Position numbers and translations under genes: made by a program
Notes under the pieces: model-generated
Told to the model about the DNA's origin: nothing
Seen by the model: the letters and a program-made list of their open reading frames with translations, nothing else
Databases searched by the model: none
NCBI GenBank assembly: GCA_035084275.1
Contig: CM068750.1
Coordinates: 11,842,001 to 11,906,000 of the forward strand
From: Hydrolagus colliei
Lineage: Eukaryota
Length of the DNA: 64,000 bases
Direction: 5' to 3'
Shown: positions 26,518 through 39,900 of the stretch, piece after piece
Position numbering within the stretch: the first letter of the stretch is position 1
Layout of the letters: each line of letters opens with the position of its first letter

Positions 26518-26636
26518 ATATAATAATAATCCTTGCATAGTGCTTTCCATGTCTTCTAGCATTTCAAAGCACTTCACAGAATATACTGTAAAGTGAATTG
26601 ACTCTATATTTTGTGGGTGAAATGCAGTAGCCAAAT
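26518..26636 (-). mobile_element. SINE family A 3' part
   Basis: taataataatccttgcat…caaagcacttcacagaatatactgtaaagtgaattgac. Confidence 0.85.
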
Positions 26637-26730
26637 GTTGATTTCTTATAGCTTTTCAAGTGATAACAGTTTCAGTTTTTTTTAGTGTTTCAGATGATTT
26701 ACTGTAAAGGGTACTTGTAGGCAAACGTGG

Positions 26731-27201
26731 CAACAACAACAACAACAAATTACATTTATAGAGCGCCTTTCACGTCGGGAGGACGTCCCAAGGCGCTGCA
26801 CAGGAGGCGTGTAACCCGAGCTGGGAGGGGAGTGTTTGGGAAGGGGTGAAACACGAAGGGGAGGTAGAAGAGTTCGGGGTGGAACAAAAGGCACAATCGA
26901 AGAGGAAAGTCTTCAAACCGGCCTTGAAAGAGGAAAGGGAAGAAACGAAACGGAGGGATTGAGGGATGGCATTCCATAGGGTGGGAGCGGAGAAACTGAA
27001 GGCCCGGCCTCCGATGGTGGGGCAGTTCGGGCGGGGGGCTTGGAGCATGCCAAGTCCTGTTCAACGGAGGGTCCAGGTGGGCATGTAGGGGGAGAGTAGA
27101 TTGGTTAAATAGGGTGGGGCAAGGCCGTGTAAGGCCTTGTAGGTGAGGACGAGGATCTTGAACTCGATGGGGATGGGGAGCCAATGGAGACGGGCGAGGG
27201 T
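26731..27201 (-). mobile_element. Relatively young 5'-truncated L2 inserted into a Deu-SINE
   Basis: Encodes LARLHWLPIPIEFKILVLTYKALHGLAPPYL and GGRAFSFSAPTLWNAIP…FKAGLKTFLF; many CpGs retained; (CAA)6 tail. Confidence 0.95.
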
Positions 27202-27218
27202 GGTATTGCACACAACAA

Positions 27219-27530
27219 GGTATTGCACACAACAATGTCCCACAGTCAGCCATGGATGGAGTCAATGACAAAAAAAAAATTCTGGAGGATTGTTGGCCAG
27301 AATACAGGAAGCAACTCCCTTCTTTTTTCAAAACTGCCTTGGGAACTTTAACGTTTACCTGAACAGACGATGGAACAAGTTTAAAACCTTATCTTTCACC
27401 CCTGACAGTACAAATCTCCAAGCATTGTATTGGAGTGTCAGATTAGAGTATGAGCTGAAAGTTCTGACATGGCTTGAACTCACAACTTCTAACTCAGAGT
27501 CAAGAATGCTACCAACAGAACCAGGCTGAC
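27219..27530 (-). mobile_element. Deu-domain SINE (5' portion; the 3' remnant lies at about 26690-26730)
   Basis: Head reads gtcagcctggttctgttggtagcattcttgactctgagttagaagttgtgagttcaagcc on the minus strand, like the 753 copy; interrupted by the L2. Confidence 0.8.
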
Positions 27531-30085
27531 ACCATTCAAAATCCTTTGAAATATTAGTGCATACAATTTTTTTTAAATGCTGTTCCAATCACTGTAGTAC
27601 TTTGGGTTATGAGAATTGTTGTTATCCCACTACATCTACTCTTTGAGTAAGTGGCATATTGAGGTATTCTGAAGCAGTTTCAGTGTATTGATGTGTACAG
27701 ATTCAGCTTCTATATACCTAGCGAAACATCAAAATACTGTATCGACCGATGCTCAATAACAACTGTCCAACTTAAATACTATTATCAGTCTTAAATATAG
27801 CACCTATCCTCCAAATCAATTCAATCCTGTATCATACAAAAGCCGCAAACCCGAAAGAAATGTTGTTGTCCTCCCCCACCCCAATTCTAAATGGATTTAC
27901 AAAGTTCATTGTTGTCCGTAATACTCGTATTTTTATCTGTTGGATAAAATATTATCCAGAAAATCCTATTACTACAGCTATATTTTGGTTAGAAATCTGG
28001 CTACAATACAGTATGTGAAATAGTGTCACAAAAGTGAAAATGAGAGAGGCAAAAGACCGCCTACTTACAGCACAGACACAGTAAGAACAAAGACACGACA
28101 TTGCATTTGATAGGAAGGCCAGTACAATGCTGTCCTTTAGACTGTTATCGGTATTAGCAAATAGATTTAGCAATTTGTCAAGTTTATTGGTATATGTACA
28201 TTCTTCTTTTGACCTTCATGAAGATTATTTGAAATATTTATGAGATCTTCAATACCATTTGAAAAAAGAACTTCAAGCCATTAATGAAATTTCTCATTAT
28301 ACCAGGGGAAAGTTTTTAGCTCAATAAATTTCTTTTTTCACTCATTTGTTTTTCAAAGTTAGCATTCAGTGACTCATTGATTCTCAGCAGCAGGGAAGAG
28401 GGAGATTTATGGTGTATGATTGTGTCATGTCTGTTTTTATCATGTCGATAGATAGAAAATTGACCACAACTACAGAAGCCTATTTATAATTCTATTTGAT
28501 CACTATGGGAACTCATCAAAAAAGAGGGCAGCACTGAAGTTTCATTAACAGATCATCTCTGATCTCCTGCTGTGTCCTGTCTTCATTTCTTTTCACATCC
28601 TCCTCTCGTCTGGACCAGCCTGCTGTAGAGGAGGTCAGAGTGACAGTAATGGTGCATTTAACATTCTACACCATACTCCAGATTAATATTAAACTGTTAA
28701 GGGAAAATGAGAGTTTATTGATTGTTTTAAGCCTGGCATGTTCTAGTAGCAAGCGTTATTCAGATTCACTGAGCAGCAATAGATAAGTGATTTCAATAAG
28801 CAGACAGAGAAGAATGTGTTGGTGGTTTGGAACAGAGAGAGAACAATGGCAGTAACATGTTTAATCTTTCTTACAGTACTAATCATTTCTTAATCAATCT
28901 GCAGTATTACAGCAGTAACATTTTATGGATAGTTAATAAAAAAGGCTAAGTTGGCTGAATCTAGAAATTACCATATAAATCATTCTCATCTATGTACTTT
29001 TAATTGTACACATATCAGTATTTTTCTATTAGTTAAAGGGATGTCAGAACTTTTGATAAGAACTGATACAAAGCAAAGTGCTGGGATTTTTTTCTTTTGC
29101 ACAGAATAGAAAGTGAAACCATGAATTTCAAATGTATATATTATCTCTAATTTGTTTAAGTATATTCAAAGAAATCATGATACCACCTACAAGAAGAGGT
29201 TCTATTGGCACATGAATCTGGAGCAAAATTTACGTTTTTCCTTCCCAAATCTGTGGAACATTACATATTCACCAACCTTTTTTCCCTACCATTTTACCTG
29301 CTTCGTTGACATTGAAAAGCCTGAATGTAACCATTAGGTTGTATGCTCAGCGATGTTCAAGTGTTTAAAATTTCTTATTTATATTTGGTTGTTATTGCAT
29401 TTTGGGGGAATTTCTCTGTTTTTAAAATGTTCAAACCTGAGGTAAAGTAGCTTAGCTTGCAACCTGTGGAAAAATCCTTTGCCGTCTGTGGAATTCTAAT
29501 TTCATTTGACAGAATCAATTATTCAATCTAATGCATTGCAAATAATGATTTAATCTATAGCTAATTAAGAGACCTTGTAAAATACCTTCTCATAAACATC
29601 TAGAAAAGTCTACACAACCTTAACATTGAGTCTAGAAATTTGTAAAAAGTCAGGCTTAGTTTAGAAGCTGGTTGTCCACAGTTTAAGAACTCCAGCATCC
29701 CCCAACCTTCTTTCCACTAGCACTGCAGGCTGTTGCTTCAGCACTGTGCCAGTATTTCAACACTTCATCTGTGCAGCTAGCTGCACATAACCTTCCACCA
29801 AGTGTATTGTCAAGCCTTACCATCAAACCCTCGATGCATTTTGACTAATGGTAACTTGAACAAACGGTACCCATTTACAATCCAGGTGTTCAAACCATAG
29901 GTGTAAACTGTAACAATAGTGTTTCAGATACTTTCCAAGGTGACAAGGATAAGTAATGCTTATTTCTGGGAGGAAAAACTATATGAACAAAATTAGCATT
30001 TTCAAAAATACCTTACAAATAACATGCAGAGGTGCAATATTTATCTGATTTATTTTTCTGTTTTTTAAGTCACTGTATATGCTTA

Positions 30086-30155
30086 CAACAACAGCAGCAA
30101 CAACAAACTGACATTTGTAAAGTGCCTTTCATGTTGGGAGGAGTCCAAAGGCGCA
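30086..30155 (-). mobile_element. L2 3'-terminal fragment
   Basis: caacaacagcagcaacaacaaa…gtgcctttcatgttgggagg…aaggcgc. Confidence 0.8.
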
Positions 30156-30590
30156 CTGTGGGAGATGAGAAAATCCTGGAGAATTCTGCTTCAGATACAC
30201 TTTAATTTAAATGACATATCATCTTAATTTTCTTTCATGTAATGTGATTCAGCCTTTAACTCTTTCCATTGAAATATCCAAAGTTAGAGATAGGCCTCTG
30301 TGAGAAAGAATGTGCATGAATCGATTTCCTTTAGTTTTGTGATAATCAATTTACTGTTTGGGGCTGCATCATTGGACTAAATGCAAACTAATGTTCCTAT
30401 ATAGAAATAATTTGTTTCATATTACTATAAAGAAAGAGACATATTGTGGTCAGTATCGGCATCAAGCATGAAATTATCAGTTAGAATTGTAAGCTTAAAC
30501 AAGTAGGTGAAGTTCAATCTGCTTTGCCTTATCAACGTGCCAGTCTCAAAAGAGCACCTCACACATTTCTTATGGCTTACTAAGCAAGAG

Positions 30591-30848
30591 TAATAATAAT
30601 CCTTTCACTGGCTATGATGCCTGATCACATCATCGAGATGCCTCAAAGCTCTTCACAACATATACTGTTGTGGTGTGACTATATTTTATGTGAATACCCA
30701 AGCTGCTGTTTATTTATAGACAAGACTTTGTTGTAGACACATAACTATGAGTTGAGACTGTCAAATGCATCATGATTCTGGCCTGGATTTGAAACCAAGC
30801 CTTTGCTATGAAAAGATGGAACTATAACCCACTGAGCTACACAATCCC
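30591..30848 (-). mobile_element. Divergent tRNA-derived SINE with ATT tail
   Basis: taataataatcc tail at the left; head cctggatttgaaacc…cccactgagctac at the right. Confidence 0.7.
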
Positions 30849-31396
30849 TCTAATTCCTTTATGCCTTGTTCACACTGATGGGAGAGAAGTGGAACAGGAA
30901 TCCTGATTTATGCTTCCTGATCCTAATGGTGTTTGCCAGGGACTAATAAACACATGCAAAGAACTCCATTGTTAGGTGTTTCCTATGTTTTTATAGAGCC
31001 CATCATTTAGCCAGTTCTTTGATTAAAAAAATCAAAAATTGTCTCATTGGACCTCTCCAGAACTTTAAATGAACAATTTCTGAGGAGAGGCTAAATCGAT
31101 GGCTAAATCGATTTACATGGCAACACATTTTAGACTGCATTGGTTCAAATCAATGTGTTTTGTAAACTACCTTCTAAATGTAGTCTTGGCAGCTAGGCAA
31201 GATTCATTTTGGAATTGTGCTGTTCAATCCCAATTCATATTAGATTTTATCGGTGATTTACCACTAAAATATCACAAGAGTTTTCTTTAAGACCTTTAAG
31301 CACTTCAGAATGTTTTATTATATCTAAAAATAAAACAGAAATGAAAGCTTTCTTATTTTCAGTCTTCCGTAAGTAACAATCCCTCTTCAATTTGTG

Positions 31397-31460
31397 AACA
31401 ACAGCAACAAATTACATTTGCAAAGCACATTTCATGTCAGGAGGATGTCCCAAAACACTG
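31397..31460 (-). mobile_element. L2 3'-terminal fragment
   Basis: aacaacagcaacaaattacatttg…ttcatgtcaggaggatgtccca. Confidence 0.8.
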
Positions 31461-33299
31461 GAGATTATACATTATTCCATTAGGTTCTATAAAATTCTCT
31501 TGTTTGTGACAGAAAATCTTAATTTTGTAGATGAAAGAAATAGCCAACAGAAGAATGTTGTTAGAAATGTAAATAACTGTTGTTTTACCCAAAGGGAGCG
31601 AATGTTTGTGTCCGATGGTGTTTCAGGACAAAAATACCCATCATTAGGATTGTTGAGCAAATATTTTTCAGTTTAAAGTGCTCTTCTTGGGATATGTTGA
31701 GAAAATCATTCTTCTGAGGGTTAAATACAGAGTACTGAGAGTTTGCCAGTTCCTTGCTCCTTTGTGAGTTGGCTTTTGGTCTTTGCTGTCACTGTATCTG
31801 AAGGTTGAAGGGAAGAGAGGTGTCAGAAAGCTGATTGGTAGCAGAGAATTTTCAGAGGCAATCTGAATCACATATTCAACTACTTAGCCACAGTGGATTA
31901 AAATGATCTGAGGGGGCTTTGTGAGCTCGATAAACCAAGCAAAAGGCTGCAGGGAGAAATTCTACACTTTTGCCCTTCTAAGTTAATTGTTCTAGGTTTT
32001 TTTTCATACTCTCTTGGCTCGCCGTAGAGTTTTTGTAGATGTATTTCATTGTTTTTGAATAATTTATGTAAAATCTTTTTATAAATGTAAATTGGATGAA
32101 GAAAAGCTTTAGGTTAAAGACTACATGTCATGTGATCACTGTTGCATGTGATTGGTTATGTCAAGTTTGACCCTAACACGCTATTAAGACACTGTAGTAA
32201 AGAATTGTTGCTACCGTGAATGAAAATATACACTTTTGTTAAAGAATAAACAATTCGTAAATGAATCTGCACTTTTATCTTGCAGTGGCACTAGGTCATT
32301 ATATATCAAATAGCGAGGAGAGCTCTATTTTATATTCCAAGATAATCATACTCAATATGCGTGGGCTGCCGGTAAATGGATAACATCTACCGCCAGTTGT
32401 TTTCCTTTATCAAAATGCAGTAAACATCTTACTGGATTTCCTGAAGGATTTTTTGTGTAAAATTAAAGAATCCATGTATACTGCACCTCTCTGCAGCTAG
32501 CAGCTGTTGACTGACAGACTCTAGTACTACGTTGAATTTTCAAAATTTGCTGAACTGTCCACTGACGACTAACGGTACTGCACTAGGACTTTACTGTGAT
32601 ATAGCTGGAAATATATAGCACTGTTTAAAACTCTTCCAACTCCCCAGCCACACTCACACGTTTTGTGCATATTATGACAACATCGGGTTTGTTTAGCAGG
32701 ACTCAATCAGCTGCACTTATTTTGGTTGCATTTGAGGCTGTCAGACACAAAATGTGCCATTCTGATCTCAAGGTCCTTGTAGCAAAAAAATTAACTGGAT
32801 TCTACTGTTGGACCTTCATGTTGAGTAATCCCTACGACACCCCCTCCAAGAAAATTGGAGAACTTTAGAAAACTTAAGGCAAAATACTACAGATGCTGGA
32901 AATCTGAACTGAAATCTGAAATTGTAACCTTAGAAAACTGTTTTCTATCTATGCTTTGGACTGGTAACATCATGAAAGTTTCTTACAATGTATTTTTCAC
33001 ATACTGTATTATTCTTATTTTATTTTACTTGCAGGTTTGTGCCAGTACCAATACAGTACAAGATTGACATAAATGTTTTTGTGCCTGTGCAAATTACTGT
33101 AATGGATTGCAATTTTCATATTGCTTCCAAAATGCTTTGCTACTGCCCCGGCACATGGAACTCATACAAGTGTTGCAATAGCACCCAAGTGAAAACTATA
33201 GGTTTGTGCAGAAGAAATCTGGCACATGATGTTTGGAAATTGGCACCAAGTGTTGAATCTTTTACTGTGACCATCTGAAATACCAACAGCTTTATGATG

Positions 33300-33715
33300 A
33301 GGCACTGAACCTTTCAAACACCAACAATACAAGGTTTGGTTCCTGGTCAATACCTAGAGAATTTATCTTAGCCAGGGGATTGGTGGAGATATGCAGTTGA
33401 TCTTAGTTGCTCTGAAATGAGCAGAGGATAAAGTCATCAGGAGTATCAATCCAGGGACACATTCCTCTCCTCCTGCTCCCCTCTTTCCTGGAAAGTGCAT
33501 GTGAATAGATAATGAATGAGGGGAGGATCGGGCTGAGCTGTGGTGCCCTCTGTGGTCAAAAGGCCTGCCGGCACTAATTGTCCAAACTCACACATGAATA
33601 ATGGCCACTTGGGTCAGACGCTGGAGGATTGCCAGCAAACATGTGAACAAACTCCAACATGTTTATCTGGCTTTAGAAAGGTATGACAAAAGAATGAGGA
33701 AATTGAGAGGAGAAA
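33300..33715 (+). mobile_element. SINE family B
   Basis: ctggaaagtgcatgtg…aggatcgggctgagctgtggtgccc…ctcacacatgaataatggccacttggg, shared with the 17774 and 42235 copies. Confidence 0.7.
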
Positions 33716-33931
33716 AACAATATTCAGGTGTTTAAATATATCTACTTTAGAAGTACATTTATAAAATCTACAATGTTTCTAATTTGGAAACACTTTATTT
33801 GATGTGTACTAACAGGCAAAAGAGCAGGGTACAATGTAATGGAAAATTTCCAAACTCTTTTAGCCTTTTGTTCTGTGTACACTTGGTTATTAGGCAAATA
33901 GACTAAGCCTTACGGACTTCATTTTCATTCT

Positions 33932-34103
33932 NNNNNNNNNNNNNNNNNNNNNNNNNNNNNNNNNNNNNNNNNNNNNNNNNNNNNNNNNNNNNNNNNNNNN
34001 NNNNNNNNNNNNNNNNNNNNNNNNNNNNNNNNNNNNNNNNNNNNNNNNNNNNNNNNNNNNNNNNNNNNNNNNNNNNNNNNNNNNNNNNNNNNNNNNNNNN
34101 NNN
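33932..34103. other. Assembly gap (172 N)
   Basis: Run of N. Confidence 1.
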
Positions 34104-36090
34104 GAAATGCTGAAATTAATATGATTTGCATGATTTCTGTTTCTTTTTTGTTAGCGATTAGGTTTCAATTCAGTTCAAAGGGTCATTGACACTGACAAGG
34201 ACTCACAGTCTTACAGGGTTTTATAGGTAGCAGGTATTCTTCACTGTGGGTACCCATATGATAGCATGATCCTTCTCAAATGAATGTAAAAAAAAACAGA
34301 ACCATCTTACATTTCTATAGTTAAAAAAATAACAAATCAAGAAATGGCATCTGCTTTTTTTGCGAGGAAAGCACAGATGGCTTAAAATGCAATGAATATG
34401 CAGAGATTTTATCAGTGACTGTTTGTGCTAAGCAACTGGCCTCACATCAACTCAGTAAAAATTGGATGTTTTTTTTCACAGGTAAGAATGCGCAAAATGT
34501 GTTTTTTAAAAAACTTCAATTTATTTTCCTTTCATTTGTTATTCTTGTTTTAGTCCCAGAATTGTTCCACAAAAATTGGAATATTTAAAATTATTTTAAT
34601 GTGATGAAAATTCAGTTGTGCTCTCTGCTAGTTCAACTGTGGAGCAGCAGTTTATTTTGATGTGATAGGCAGCAAAGTAACATCTCCCCTGCTTTATAAT
34701 ACTGTTTTATTATTGATTTAAAATGAATCCAACATCATTCACCATTCATAGGGCTTATATGCTTAGATGCTGCTTCAAAATTAAGTTGACCCTGAGTATA
34801 CCTGCAATCTAAATGCAAACTATTATCTTAAACTCTCATAACCTTGAGTATCATTTTCAAAGTAAAATCGTCATATAATTGTATCACTACTTATACTTGA
34901 AATTATAGTAAAATTGGTTGCTATTTATGCTCAGGGTGTGCATAATTTGATGCATACGCTGACTTTTATGTGTCCCTTTCCTTAAGTAAAACACGCCAGA
35001 TTGCTTTGTATAAACTCAGTCCTGCCTTTATTTTATCCAGAGAGGTCATATTCGGAGGGAAACACAGCTATGGAAAAAAAAACATATAAACTAGGTTTTG
35101 CCAGCATGATGTCAAAATAGCATTGGAAAATATCAAGAAATACATGGTTTGGAATATTTGGCAGTGTGTAAGGGCTGGCAGTTTAGTATTTACACTGTGC
35201 TTTATTTTTTATAATTTAAGATTAAACTGTATTTTTAGCCTTCACATTTATGTGTATAAGGAAAATATTGATGGTTCATTTTTTGCGTGTATTGTGACAT
35301 GTTGCAACAAGGGATTCAAGGACTATAGGGGATTCGTACCATATTCAACCATAGTATGAATCATTTTGAGTATGTACTGAAACACTGAGTGTTGTTGCAT
35401 GCCTGTGCAGGTTATTTTCATAGTTCTTTCGGATGAAAGAAAGTATTGTAAAAATAATATTTGGGCTTTAGCACAAATTTTTCTGCAAAAATCGAACATC
35501 CACTCAGTTACCACATTCCCAGTACTCAGCAGCACTCTGAGGAATGACATCATAGACATCCTCAGTGAGAAGGAGGTAAGCGGGGTCTCTGTGGAGTTGA
35601 ACCGCCTTCAAGGTAACGTGAATGGTAATGGAATGTCGGAATCAAGACAGCCCTTTGTGGCGCCCTCAGTAGTCCAGTTCCTGATTAGCCGGAACCACAG
35701 TATTTCAAGTCTTTGCTGATTATAGCACTGCTTGCCTGGCTCATCAGCAGGACCTGGAAGGCCAGATTAGTCACTGCAATTTTAGTGGGTTAGGCCCCAA
35801 CAGTGCCCCAAAGCCCACTCTTGGTCCCCATGCCTTGACTCTTGCCATCCTGTGCCTAATACTTTCCGGAATTAAGGAATCAGGTTGCATCCCTCCAGGG
35901 AGAGAACACACATTCCATTACAGCACTGGATCTCTGGGATCTCCTTTTGTAGGTGGGAAGCAGGAAAATTTCAGCTTGGTTTGTATATTGTTAAGCATAG
36001 CGATGTGTTTCCGCTTGTGTCAGACACTCGGCTGAGCAAAAACATCAGAGAATAAAGAAACATCCTACAAAATTAATAACCTACAAAAGG

Positions 36091-36458
36091 AACAACAAAA
36101 TTACATTTGCATAGTGCCTTTCACATCAGGAGGATGTCCCAAGGCACTGGACAGTCAATGTTTCAGTCCCGAGGTGGGGTCAGAATCAGGGAGGATGGAG
36201 GGAAAGGAGGGGATTTTGAGGTGACCAATGGGACTGTCAAAACTGAGGGTCTTTAGATGGGCCTTAAAACAGGTAAGGGAGGAGGCGAGGTGGAGGGATA
36301 GAATTCCAGAGGTTAGAGACAGAGTAGCTGAAGGCTCGCCCATCGATGGTGGGTGGGTGGTGGGTTGGTGGACATTTAGCTGGAGCACGCTGAGCAGAGT
36401 ATAGCGGGCAGATTGGTAGGGGGGTTTAGGAGGTCACAGAGGTAGAGTGGGGCAAGTG
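36091..36458 (-). mobile_element. 5'-truncated L2, same subfamily as 57540-58600
   Basis: aacaacaaaattacatttg…ggatgtcccaaggcactggacagtcaat; the minus frame gives FKAHLKTLSFD. Confidence 0.9.
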
Positions 36459-36744
36459 AAACTAGTGAAATCACATCGGTAGGACAACCATTGTTGATCA
36501 AAAAGGGTCAATACATTTTTGCAATAAAATAGAAAATGTGAAAAAATATTAAGACTTTTTAAACTTTTGCACAGATATATCGAATTGCTTAAATTGCTTT
36601 GGTTTATTTCCTTTGTGAGAAAAATGTCACGACTCGTTCAGTGCAATCCCCTCCACTTAAATGTGTAATATAGAATAAAATGCAACAGATACTGGAAAAT
36701 CCAACTGTTTCTCTGAAACAAAATACATCCTATAAAATATATCC

Positions 36745-36952
36745 TAAAAATCCCTTCAAAAAACAATTTTTAAAAATACATATTTGGTCACTCAATCCAC
36801 TCTGTTTGTGGGACGCTGCTGTGCTCAATTGGCTGTAGCATTCCACCAACGATAAACACGGTCAATTCACTTTGCACGGTATTCTATGAAGCGATTCAAA
36901 CATTCCGAAGATTTGATAGAGCACTATATTAAATGCAAGGATAATTATTATC
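36745..36952 (+). mobile_element. SINE family A, headless
   Basis: tcaatccactctgtttgtgggacgctgctgtgctcaattggctg…aaatgcaaggataattatta. Confidence 0.85.
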
Positions 36953-39900
36953 ATAGATAGTTGTGAGACTCTATTGATGGCACAGACTGGCTCCTTAAGA
37001 TACAAGGTTAAAAATCTTGAGTCTTTCTGTTGCAATGTTAGAAGAACTATAATTGCAAATGTTGTAGTGTCTGATTTCTGACTTTCTATATTCTCAGCTT
37101 TATAAATCGGGAGTAGTGCAACATCAAGATCAGACCTGACTTGAATGTAACCAGTGGAAGGCTGCATTTCTTGCTTTCGCTTTGGCATTTTCTGAGCCCA
37201 AATCTTAAAATCCTCTTCATCTTACACATCTAAAAAGACTCGCTCAAATAACTGAACGTGAAACATTTGATTTTTTTTTGGAAACAGATATGTTAATTGA
37301 TTTCTTAATGGAAATTGACAGTATCTTTAATTCAGCACATATCCAATGATACATTACATACTGTATGATCCATATGTACCTGTATCAGATTTATCATGGT
37401 CTGTAAGACTGAGTAAGTGCTTCTTTAAGTTGAGATCAAATGCGCCAACAATCCATTTTATTACCAGCTGCTGTTATAAATGAGACAGCAGCTCGGAATC
37501 TTTAAAGCAGAGGAGGAGCAGAGGAATGTAGCAGCTATAAATGAGCAAGAAAAGCTTGATACCAAGTGCACTCATCAAAATCACTCTCTTTTAAAATCAG
37601 GCTGAAAACCAGAGATGATAGAAATAGCATCATTAGACATGTCGTCGGGTTTAAATAATGATCATTAGTAATAACTATCAAGTTGGTTGCAGGAGGTTTA
37701 GGACAGAACTAAGTTTCCATTTGAAGCTATCTGTTTATAGTGTAGCATAAAAACAATACCGCTTTGCGACAAGGACAATGAATTTCAGCAATGGACTGGT
37801 TAAAAGAGACATTTTTGGTGTTGAGATGTTAAGGCATGTGATTACGGAATCACATGGCTTCAGTCAGTCTGATCCATAAAAAAATGCACAGCCAGAAAAC
37901 TGTCCATCATGTGATGAAATTTGACAGTACGGATTATGGCTTTGATGGACCAGAACAGCTAATAGAAGAAGCTGACATTTTTGAAACCCCGCTAATTAAG
38001 GGTTTCTTCCTTAATATAAAAATTAAAATAAGTCGGCGTCTGACTTTTATAGTCTGAAAATCAGGTGCTTTTATTAATATATGCCAGTCAGTCTTAATAA
38101 GCTTGGAGGGCAAAATAAGTTATTATTGTGTGACCTTCTACAAAATAAGCATGTTGCTAAGGGCTTTAACCTTGCCCTATTCAGATTGATGAAACTCATT
38201 TTCAATGCTGAATTCCAGCCAAATAGCTGAGTATTTTTAAGCAATAACAGAGCATAATCCTTGGCTCTTTTCTAATGTCCAGAATTAAAATTGTGTAAAC
38301 CTCTCACTGGTGTTCAGAAATGAATATTGCAGTGCTCCTGCCGTTTGAAATACAAGGGAAATCACTACATGGTTTAAATTGATTGAAGAATGAAGAGTGC
38401 AGGCAGCCGCATGTGCTATGTGTGCTGCATAGCTGAATTTTGAAAGGTTGCTTTGGATTATATGTGTGAAAGAATACTCTGTAGTCCAAGATGCTTGTCA
38501 GTTATTTTTTTATTCTGTTCTGATGGTGTTCTGTACTGTTCATGCATTAAAGTGTTCCCACTAAATTTACCAGTATTGTGATTCAAAGAGGGTAATGCTT
38601 GGTATTTTCAACATTATCTGTCAGGATTTCACAGTACATTTAGATCTAATATTCATGGAATTGGTAATGCATAGATATGTTTTACATTTTAAAAGTTATG
38701 GAGTGTTTATTGACATTTTTCAAAAGGGGTGGCTTTTTCACAGGAAGCACAGTCGTATTTGTAAATGAAATTTGCTGAAATAAAATCTCCACAATCTGCC
38801 AACGGAGATAATGTAGTTTATCCATAAAGGCCTGAGTGATCTTGTTATCTATTTCCATCAATTATACCATAAAACAGCCAATGTGAGCAGGAAAACGGGA
38901 ATGTACGAAGCATAATTCACAGTTGACTATTAACCTAATCTTTTTGTAAAAAAAACTTGAAAACCATAGATAGAAACAAATTATCTAAGCCCTTTTTCAC
39001 ATATTAAACAGTCAGAATTTCATTGCTAACCTATCTGTGCTTCATTTAATGTATGTAACAGATATGATCAGCTAAAATAACGTCACTTTAAATGGCAAAT
39101 TATGTAAGTAATACAATTTACTATAAGTTCGCTATCTGATATAGAACATAAATTAAAAGCAGAATAAGGTTAAGAAGCAAATTACCATTTTAATTAATTA
39201 CCCTACAAGAATACACAAATACTTGTGTATTTCCCTACCTTCAATGAGGAATGAAAATTTGAACAATATTTTAACATAGTGAGGAAACATTATAATGTCG
39301 AGACATAGAAAATTGCAATTGAATGAATTATTTTCTTTAGAAACTGTAGCACGTTTCTTTGCTTATTGCTTAGCATCTTACACTATTCTGTTTTGTTCAT
39401 GTCATTGATAATTGAAGTCAACCAAAACTAGTGAAGGGATCTTGTGGTCATTCAAAACTAGTGTCTAAACTCAGATTGTTTGTTATAGGTTTACACGATG
39501 GTGCTAAAATCAAGAACCTTATCTTGGTTGTATGAAAGCGAAAATTATAGTTTTCTGTGCTTTCAGACAGCAGAATTGTGCTTTTGAGGCACTACTATTA
39601 AACTCTGGTGGATTGCAGTATCTAGGGCAAACTATAGTCTGCAAAGCTGGGAAGACTTGAAAAAGAATTGGATAATCCATAAAGGATCAAGCTGCAAGAT
39701 GTCTTCTTGATTCTGTAGTTGGCATGTACATACAAGTTAGGTTTGTGAGGCTAGGATAACATAGCAGTTCTAAAATTGGTAACCATGATTGTTTCTAATG
39801 AATAGCCCTGCACCGGATAGCTTAACAATGCAAAGAATTGTAGATAGTAAATGATCTCTCAGACACTCTTTGAATAAAAGACACACAAATGGATGTTTAA

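Noticed and set aside
32878-32925. Possible Penelope-like remnant (gcaaaatactacagatgctggaaatctgaa)
   Set aside because: Too short to assign without a database search.
33010-33067. Strong acceptor-like site ttttattttacttgcAG at 33034
   Set aside because: The phase-0 frame stops after 10 codons, has no NPAS3 similarity, and no convincing partner donor is seen.
33925-34131. ORFs spanning N runs (also 62496-62839)
   Set aside because: Artefacts of assembly gaps.
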